Positions 25,671 through 32,000 of a DNA stretch of 32,000 nt are shown piece after piece. This DNA comes from an uncultured archaeon (lineage in GTDB: Archaea; Iainarchaeota; Iainarchaeia; Iainarchaeales; Iainarchaeaceae): NCBI GenBank assembly GCA_964577555.1, contig CAZNZM010000002.1:119987-151986 (forward strand), in the 5' to 3' direction. Numbering within the stretch: the first letter of the stretch is position 1; the number at the start of each line of letters is the position of its first letter. The notes below the pieces were generated by a model. That model worked only from the letters and a program-made list of their open reading frames with translations. It had not been told where the DNA came from and did not search any database. Position numbers and translations under genes: made by a program.

Positions 25671-26162
25671 ATTGACAAATTGGGCAAGCCATTTGTTTTT
25701 TTCATTTTCAATTTTTTCTATTGCTTTTTCGTTATCTGGCATTTCTATAATGTTAAAAGCGATAATGTTTCGATTCATGGTATCGTATATTTTTCTTATA
25801 AAGCAGTTTGCACTCGCATATGTAGTGCCTGGTTTTAATGTTGCTTTGATTACTTGGTAGTTTTCTCCAAATAGTTTTTTTGCTTGCTCTATTATGAGTT
25901 CGTTGTTGCAAATGTAGGGTCTGGTCATTACTTTTTTTGTTTCTATTTTTGGTGGTAAAATTAATGGTGGTTCTTTTTTTTTGTCTGAATCGGTTGGCGG
26001 TTTGTCATTATTGTTAGGTTTTTGTTGTGGTTGTTGTTCTTTTTTTTTGAAATCTACGCAACCCAATGTAATGGTTGTCAAAATAACAATTATAACTAAA
26101 ATTGTTGCAATTATTGTAAAATTGTTGTTTTCAGCAGGTGTTAAACTTCGCCCGTTGGCCAT
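25479..26162 (-). CDS. Lipoprotein of unknown function (full-length parent of the 23816-24007 fragment)
   Basis: MANGRSLTPAENNNFTIIATILVIIVILTTITLGC signal/lipobox, Pro/Lys linker, C-terminal domain. Confidence 0.7.
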   Translation of the reverse strand: MANGRSLTPAENNNFTIIATILVIIVILTTITLGCVDFKKKEQQPQQKPNNNDKPPTDSDKKKEPPLILPPKIETKKVMTRPYICNNELIIEQAKKLFGENYQVIKATLKPGTTYASANCFIRKIYDTMNRNIIAFNIIEMPDNEKAIEKIENEKNKWLAQFVNSKKEDNPLGNNSYTLINESENQTNYNIIAIDPDTQTVYIEAKNITPTEKEKLIEFVKLIEEVI

Positions 26163-26207
26163 AAGTTGATGATTGTTAGAACGGTTTTTTAAGTTGTTTG
26201 TTCCCAA

Positions 26208-26393
26208 AGTAAGGAAACTTCGATGTGATCGTCAAATCAAAATTCAACGAAAACTGGGAGTTCTTTTCCTTTGACATCTCTAAAATAGACAACGTTTCGG
26301 AATGGCGCAAGATAATCGAGGACGCGCTTGTCACCCGCGAGGTCGAATTGAGAAAATTCGGCGAGCGCATGAAAAACAAGACTATAAGCTAGG
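26208..26393 (+). pseudogene. Remnant of a truncated ORF (C-terminal fragment)
   Basis: Open frame NFDVIVKSKFNENWEFFSFDISKIDNVSEWRKIIEDALVTREVELRKFGERMKNKTIS*, no start, TAA immediately upstream; GC ~50% unlike flanks. Confidence 0.5.
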
Positions 26394-26640
26394 AATTCGA
26401 GAACATCAAAACCCAAAGCATCTGAAACCAGACGTCAATGGAAACAACAGCCTGAAATTGATACAGGCGCAATTGGACATCCACGACGAATACCTCAAAC
26501 GCACTGAAGCAAAACTCGACGTGTCGTTACCGGAATTCGCCATGATAAAGGAACGATCCGCCACAAACCGCTGGCTCATCGGACTGCTAATCGTCGCGTT
26601 CTTCGGCCTTGTCGGAAGCCTTGTGCTTAAATTAATCTGA
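26302..26640 (+). CDS. Small protein with coiled coil and C-terminal TM; true start uncertain
   Basis: LKLIQAQLDIHDEYLKRTEAKLDVSLPEFAMIKERSATNRWLIGLLIVAFFGLVGSLVLKLI resembles XhlA/hemolysin-like small phage membrane proteins; the 5' part overlaps the other frame and is probably noncoding. Confidence 0.4.
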   Translation: MAQDNRGRACHPRGRIEKIRRAHEKQDYKLGIREHQNPKHLKPDVNGNNSLKLIQAQLDIHDEYLKRTEAKLDVSLPEFAMIKERSATNRWLIGLLIVAFFGLVGSLVLKLI

Positions 26641-26663
26641 ACAACAAAAGAGAGAAACAAGAA

Positions 26664-26821
26664 TGTACGACATCAAAAAAACCGCAATGAAAGGATTCTA
26701 AATATTCGCGTTCGGAGGAATCGGCTCGCTCATAGCATACCTTTCGGACTGCCAAGCGAACCAACGATCATTCGCTGTCACGGGCCTCAAGATGGCGGAA
26801 AACTACCTCAAAAACCGCTGA
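26664..26821 (+). pseudogene. Small membrane-protein ORF interrupted by an in-frame TAA
   Basis: MYDIKKTAMKGF*IFAFGGIGSLIAYLSDCQANQRSFAVTGLKMAENYLKNR*. Confidence 0.4.
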
Positions 26822-27017
26822 CAAAAAAAATGCAAAGCGATTAAAAAACAAAGCAACCACAAATTTACGCGGGCCGCATGAAGAAGTTAACACCTTCTGA
26901 TTTCCAAAAGGGAAAATGATGAATTAACTCAACTCTGAGGGTCCGCAATTTTCTTGTGACTATATAAATTGGCAGGAAAATAGGTAGCCATCTCCCAGCA
27001 AAAAGACACCATATTTT

Positions 27018-27491
27018 ATGGGTTTTGATATATTTCAACTGTTTATGATTAATCACAAAGGTTCGTTGGTTCCTTATAGACTCCAAGTAATATTGGCTGT
27101 CATAGTAGGCATAGGTGTTACTGTCCTTGTTATTGGGATGTTTGGTTTTGCCATATATGAAATGCTTGGGTTAAATTTGATTTATCAACAAACTTTTACA
27201 AATAGTGCACATGTAATAATCCCTGATGATGCTTACTTTAGAGCCAATTCCAGTACACTTGAATTGAGGATACAATCTAACAACCTCGGCACTTATACTA
27301 CGGAAGTTGTTGCGAATGGGCAAAAATATTCTCAGACTAGAACGGTAAAATACAAAGGCTCTGCCAAGAATCGGAGTTTAGATGACACGGTTTTGATTTT
27401 GGATATTAATAAAACAAAAGAATTTGACATATCTATAAGTCCTTTATCTACCCAAATATTCAAGCTTTATGTCTATGAGAAGAAATGGTGA
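27018..27491 (+). CDS. Membrane-anchored protein with beta-rich exterior domain
   Basis: 157 aa, TM LQVILAVIVGIGVTVLVIGMFGFAIYEML then Thr/Ser-rich domain; followed by strong SD (aaaggagg) for the next gene. Confidence 0.6.
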   Translation: MGFDIFQLFMINHKGSLVPYRLQVILAVIVGIGVTVLVIGMFGFAIYEMLGLNLIYQQTFTNSAHVIIPDDAYFRANSSTLELRIQSNNLGTYTTEVVANGQKYSQTRTVKYKGSAKNRSLDDTVLILDINKTKEFDISISPLSTQIFKLYVYEKKW

Positions 27492-27512
27492 CATTGAAAG
27501 GAGGTTATCGAA

Positions 27513-28064
27513 ATGGTTGTTGAACTTGTTGTCGGCACAATAGTTTTTTAGGTGCAACTTGGTTTATGGTTTCATATAATGGCTTTATCCAACTTAAGAA
27601 TAAGATTGATAATTCTTGGAGCCAAATCGATGTGCAACTTAAGAGGAGATTTGGCCTAGTCCCAAATCTAGTTGAAACTGTGAAGGACTACACGAAACAC
27701 GAAAAGGGAACACTAAAAGCGATAACTGTTGCAAGGGCTGTAATCCTGATATCCGGTTCCCAAAAGGAACAAATTGAAAATGAGAACTTGCTTACTAGGG
27801 CACTCAAGTCCCTGTTTGCAGTCTCTGAATCTTACCTAAATCTTAAAGGCAAACCAGAATTTTATCTCCATGCAAGAACAACTTTCTGAAATTGAGGCAA
27901 AGATTGCTTCTGCAAGACAGATGTACAATGACGCAGTGATTGCATTCAATATTAAGGCAGAAACCCTACCAGATAACCTGATTGCCGGAACATTTGGTTT
28001 CAATAAAAGGTACTACTTCCAAATAGATGAAATCGTAAGGTCAACTGTGAAAGTGCAATTCTGA
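27513..28064 (+). pseudogene. lemA: LemA-family protein gene with two 1-nt frame disruptions
   Basis: Conceptual join MVVELVVGTIVF/LGATWFMVSYNGFIQLKNKIDNSWSQIDVQLKRRFGLVPNLVETVKDYTKHEKGTL...SESYLNLK/ANQNFISMQEQLSEIEAKIASARQMYNDAVIAFNIKAETLPDNLIAGTFGFNKRYYFQ matches LemA end to end. Confidence 0.85.
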
Positions 28065-28076
28065 AAATTTAAACCG

Positions 28077-28724
28077 TTAAACAGAACTTAATAAAAGTAT
28101 TCCCATCACTAAGAAAATTATTGTGGTAATTATTCTGACGGGGCTTCTCCACATTTCCTTAGGATTTTTTGAATAGATTTCTACAGCCTTTGCCTTTTCT
28201 CCGGGATTAGTTTTGCATAGAACCCAGATTTTATCATTAGGAAGAATTAAAGTTTCCCAGTATTCCCTATCAGCGGCATCGCCTATGCCATATTTCACTT
28301 TGAATTGGGTGATTTTATCTTTGAATTCATAATCGTTGTCATAATAACCATTCGTTGGGAGTTCAAATCCAACAGCTTTTTCGGAATTAAGTTCTATAGT
28401 TCCGGTTTCGTCTTGCAAAAGAAAATCTCCGCCAACCGATCCAGAACCTAGTATATTAGTTGCCTTTCCGTAAAAACCACTTTTGTACCTCATTCCTCTT
28501 TCAAAAGTTTGGAATAAGCAATAAACACATGGTGTTTGGGTGATGGGTGAAAGAATAGTCTTGTCTGGCAACACAGTCCCACTGATTATAACTTCTTCTT
28601 TAATGAATTTGGATATTTCAGAAATTTTTTTGATATTGATTTTGTTGATTTTAATAAAGCCATAAATATTTAGGCAGCCCAAGCCTATGAAGACTACTCC
28701 AAAGCCTAATGCAAGAAGATTCAT
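28077..28724 (-). CDS. GIDE/MULAN-like domain membrane protein
   Basis: VIISGTVLPDKTILSPITQTPCVYCLFQTFE...FLLQDETGTIELNSEKAVGFELP, C-terminal TM; GIDE proteins are known LemA neighbours. Confidence 0.7.
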   Translation of the reverse strand: MNLLALGFGVVFIGLGCLNIYGFIKINKINIKKISEISKFIKEEVIISGTVLPDKTILSPITQTPCVYCLFQTFERGMRYKSGFYGKATNILGSGSVGGDFLLQDETGTIELNSEKAVGFELPTNGYYDNDYEFKDKITQFKVKYGIGDAADREYWETLILPNDKIWVLCKTNPGEKAKAVEIYSKNPKEMWRSPVRIITTIIFLVMGILLLSSV

Positions 28725-28856
28725 TTTAGAGATTAAAATTTTTAATTATATAAATCTTCCTTTTCAGTTTTGGATAGAATTTTGGGTAGTGTAACGAATT
28801 TGGTTAAGATTTGAAGGTGACTTTAACTGCCTATATTCCTAAAGGAGATTAAAGTC

Positions 28857-29015
28857 ATGGGTTCATTGGAACAACAGGCATTTATTTCCTTTCTTCTCCG
28901 GTTGGAGGACGAATTGTTGGAGGAATTGTGCGGTTTGTTAACTTATCATGTTTCACTCAGTGTTGAGTTAATTCATCATCAAACAACTAATTATTTGTAT
29001 TTACGTGTTTATTAA
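28857..29015 (+). CDS. 52-aa hypothetical small ORF with Shine-Dalgarno
   Basis: MGSLEQQAFISFLLRLEDELLEELCGLLTYHVSLSVELIHHQTTNYLYLRVY, preceded by aaaggagatt 7-10 nt upstream. Confidence 0.3.
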   Translation: MGSLEQQAFISFLLRLEDELLEELCGLLTYHVSLSVELIHHQTTNYLYLRVY

Positions 29016-29483
29016 TATGTTTCGATTTGGCTTGGTCGTCCAAATAGTTTTAATTTTTAAAATTTTTTAAAATAATTTAACGTTATGGTGTAGGACGCTG
29101 TTTAAACGTCAAAAATGGTTTTTAACAATTATTTTAGCCTTAAATAAAATCACTATATTGTTAGCATAAATTGTGTTTTCCGAGTTTTTGGACATTTTTT
29201 GTTTTTTTTAGGCAAATGTCAATCGTTTTTATTTTTTTGTCTTTGTTTTGGCAAGCCATTTTTAATTGTTTTTTGTTTTGTTTTTAGTCTCTTTTTTTTG
29301 AATTTGTTTTTGTGGTGCGAACAACAAAAATTGCACCAGAATTGGTTGTTATTGTTTCGCCGAGCAGTTTGTAGTATTTGGTGTATATTTCCGCAAAATT
29401 TTAAATAGGTTTGTTCTTTCTTTGTTTGAAAATTTTATATATAAGGGAGTATATAATATAAGAATGATGGTGAGGTGTGGGGT

Positions 29484-32000
29484 TTGAATAAGCTGGGCTT
29501 TAAGCCTTGCTTTAATGATTTTGTTGTTTTTTTGTTAGCCTTCTGCATCTTTTTTGTTCTTTTTTCTCATAGTGCTTTTGCTGTGCAGCAGCTCATGGCT
29601 TTGCATGGTAAGGCTGTTTCTGGTGGTAATCCTATAAATTCTGGTAATTTGCGGGTTTTGATTTATGATTCTAATGTCGGGGGTAATTTGGTTTATGATT
29701 CTAACTCTGATTTTGATTCTAAAATAGTGAATGGTTTTTTTGATGTTATTCTTGGTTCTGGTTCTGTGCCTCTTGATTTGAATTATGGGGTTGTTTATTA
29801 TATGGATATTTTGGTTAATGGTCAGGATTTGAATTTTAATGGTGAGGACAGGAGGCCTTTTGAGTCATCTCGTGGGCCCATTATAGGTTCTTCTATAATG
29901 GCTGGCACTATTTCTAATGTTCAAATTTCTGGTTCTGCGGCAATTGATTGGACTAAAATTTCTAAGTCTGGTTCAAAGCTTAGCGATTTGGGTTTTGATG
30001 CTGATTTTAATAGAACTTATGTTACTCAGGTTGATGTCAATTCTTGGTTTGTAAAATCCGCTGATGCAAATTATATTTATTATACTCAAGCCGATGCTAA
30101 TAATGTTTTGTTGAATAAGGTTGATGCTAATAATTTGTTTGCAAGGAAGGCTTATTCTGAAGTTATTACTGGCAATTGGAATTTTTCAAATCCTTTTTAT
30201 CAGGGCGGTGGTTTTGGTTCTGGTGGAATAACTTTTCAGAATGGAATTGGTTATTTTCAAAGTATTGTGGTTTTGAATGATTTTAATGCAGCCACTGTCA
30301 CAGGTATTGATATTAATGGGCATTATGTTCCTGATCCTGACAATACTTGGGATCTTGGCTCGGCTTTGCGCAGGTTCAGGAAGATTTATTCTGTTGATGC
30401 TAATTTTGTTTCAGCCAATATTGGTTCTCTTGTTTTGGGCAGTCCTCTTGGCGTAGTTAGCGGAGGTACTGGTTCGTCTTCTTTTACGCCGGGGCAATTG
30501 CTTTATTATAATGGTTCTGTTGTTGTCGGAGATTCGTCTTTGTTTTGGGATTCTGCTTTGAAAAGGCTTGGAATTGGGACTTCTTCCCCTTCTTCGGCTT
30601 TGAATGTTGTTGGCGATACCAATGTTTCTGGCAATTTGGTTGTTGGTTCAAATAATTTATTTGTAAATTCTTTGTTAGGCAGGGTAGGGGTTGGTACGAA
30701 TTCGCCGCAAAATTCTTTGAATGTTGTTGGTGATTTGAATGTCACTGGCGTTTCTTATTTGGGCAATGTTGTTATTGCTGCTGATGATATTAATGTTAAT
30801 AGGATAAATTCAAGAGATGGGAATATTTCTTTTAATTATCAGGGTTCTGAATTAATGAGGCTTGTTGGGGCTTCTGGCAATTTGGGGGTTGGCACTTCAA
30901 GTCCGACTTCTAAATTGCATGTTGCTGGGGATATTAATGTTACAGGAAATGCTTATTTGGAGCTTGATTGGGTCAGGTTGAAAAATTATCCTGCTTCTTG
31001 TTTGAGCGGACAATTTGTTACTGGGGTTGGTGACACTTTGACTTGTATGAATGTTCCTGGCGGTGGCGGAGGCAGGACTTATATTGGATATTCTCCGATT
31101 TCCATTGATAATGATTTGAATACTATTGCCTTGAATGTGTTGCCTAATTCTGATTGGAATGGTTTGTTTGACGGTTTTGACAGCAATTATTATCTTAACT
31201 TTAAAAATTTGTCCGACAGGAATTTTTCTTTGCTTGTTTTGGATAATAATTCTTCTTTTGATGCTCGTTACATAAAGATTTCAGACACTAATAATGTTGC
31301 AAGAATCAATTATGGTGCTGTTGGTGGTCTTTCTGTTGGTGGTGTGGTTTTTGGTTCTGGTGTTGGTGTTTTGGCTCAAGATAGTAATTTGTTTTGGGAT
31401 TCTGGTCTTGATAGGTTGGGTGTTGGGACTAATGCTCCTTTGGAAAGGTTGCATATTGGTGGTGTTGGTAAGTTAATGGTTGGTGATTTGACGTCAAATC
31501 CTGGTGGTAAATTGAGGGTTACTTTGGATGATAATGATAGTGAAACTATGGGGCTTAAGGTTATTTTGATGAGGACTAGTGGTGAGAATTATGGTGTTAT
31601 TGGTACTACTGCTGGTAGTGGTGCTACTACTAATGTTGGTTTGTATGGGTGGGCTAGTGGTGGTTTGAGTAATTTGGGTTTGTGGGTTGATAGTGGTGTT
31701 TCTAGATTTGATGATAATGTTGGCATTTTGGTTAGTAGGCCTGTTAATAGGCTTAATTTGGTTGGTGATTTGAATGTGGTTGGTAGTGCTTCTGCCAAAC
31801 AACCTTCGCTTTATGTTAGGTTGGGTGATGGTAATGTTGGTTTGAATACTGTTGGTGGTGAGGGTTATAGGTTGGATGTTAATGGTAATGTGCGTGTTGT
31901 TAATGATTTGAATGTTGTTGGTGTTGCTAGTTTTGGTAGTGTTGTTGGTTTTGTTAGGGATTCTGTTTTTAATTCGAGTTTTCCTGTTTTGTTGGATTCT
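29484..32000 (+). CDS. Giant secreted repeat protein, tail-fibre-like head repeats (3' end outside window)
   Basis: No stop to window end (>839 aa), so absent from the ORF track. TTG start, signal peptide FVVFLLAFCIFFVLFSHSAFA; repeats GIGTSSPSSALNVVGDTNVSG, GVGTNSPQNSLNVVGDLNVTG, GVGTSSPTSKLHVAGDINVTG, GVGTNAPLERLHIGG. Confidence 0.88.
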   Translation, partial: MNKLGFKPCFNDFVVFLLAFCIFFVLFSHSAFAVQQLMALHGKAVSGGNPINSGNLRVLIYDSNVGGNLVYDSNSDFDSKIVNGFFDVILGSGSVPLDLNYGVVYYMDILVNGQDLNFNGEDRRPFESSRGPIIGSSIMAGTISNVQISGSAAIDWTKISKSGSKLSDLGFDADFNRTYVTQVDVNSWFVKSADANYIYYTQADANNVLLNKVDANNLFARKAYSEVITGNWNFSNPFYQGGGFGSGGITFQNGIGYFQSIVVLNDFNAATVTGIDINGHYVPDPDNTWDLGSALRRFRKIYSVDANFVSANIGSLVLGSPLGVVSGGTGSSSFTPGQLLYYNGSVVVGDSSLFWDSALKRLGIGTSSPSSALNVVGDTNVSGNLVVGSNNLFVNSLLGRVGVGTNSPQNSLNVVGDLNVTGVSYLGNVVIAADDINVNRINSRDGNISFNYQGSELMRLVGASGNLGVGTSSPTSKLHVAGDINVTGNAYLELDWVRLKNYPASCLSGQFVTGVGDTLTCMNVPGGGGGRTYIGYSPISIDNDLNTIALNVLPNSDWNGLFDGFDSNYYLNFKNLSDRNFSLLVLDNNSSFDARYIKISDTNNVARINYGAVGGLSVGGVVFGSGVGVLAQDSNLFWDSGLDRLGVGTNAPLERLHIGGVGKLMVGDLTSNPGGKLRVTLDDNDSETMGLKVILMRTSGENYGVIGTTAGSGATTNVGLYGWASGGLSNLGLWVDSGVSRFDDNVGILVSRPVNRLNLVGDLNVVGSASAKQPSLYVRLGDGNVGLNTVGGEGYRLDVNGNVRVVNDLNVVGVASFGSVVGFVRDSVFNSSFPVLLDS

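Noticed and set aside
26865-27086. Minus ORF 26865..27086 (73 aa)
   Set aside because: No recognisable motif and overlaps the better-supported start of the 157-aa membrane protein.
30506-31802. Minus-strand Thr/Pro-rich ORFs (30506..30745, 31494..31802, 31589..31798)
   Set aside because: Reverse complement of the GGT/GTT-rich fibre repeats; not independent genes.
29484-32000. Interpretation of the terminal region as part of a prophage
   Set aside because: Only the fibre-like protein is visible; no structural, packaging or replication genes within the window. Cannot be excluded beyond 32000.

Overview
The window appears to be an AT-rich archaeal chromosome segment. The evidence is an intron-containing tRNA-Pro(UGG) with a near-canonical bulge-helix-bulge, an ATP-dependent DNA ligase, archaeal-type ProRS, TruD, and an RHH metal regulator. 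A DPANN-like lineage is my inference. From 1 to about 21.4 kb and again from about 29.1 to 32.0 kb the + strand is strongly T/G-biased whichever strand is coding. Contents there are housekeeping genes (ligase, proS, truD, an RNase HII/HIII-like gene, a DRG/TGS-type GTPase, a HemK-like methyltransferase, tatD), a regulator/ZIP metal-uptake locus, a PIN-domain operon, and a compact three-gene flavin electron-transfer module (ferric-reductase-like membrane protein, ApbE, FMN-binding lipoprotein). From about 21.4 to 29.1 kb the composition and gene content look accessory. This stretch holds a transglutaminase-like membrane protein, a DUF4430 lipoprotein plus an ECF-S-like protein, a Fic-family gene with an unusual HPFLDGNKRICR motif behind two copies of an 11-N16-11 inverted repeat, and a direct segmental duplication flanking that Fic gene. 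It also holds a GC-rich block of truncated ORFs and a lemA-like gene broken by two apparently compensating 1-nt shifts beside a GIDE-domain protein. The window ends inside a giant secreted protein (>839 aa) with tail-fibre-like 'GIGTxxPxxxLxVxGDxNVxG' repeats. The strongest leads are the duplicated Fic locus with its operator, the flavinylation module, the surface fibre, the lemA frameshifts, and the repeated T-tract/AGCC intergenic arrays. No CRISPR array or complete mobile element is supported.
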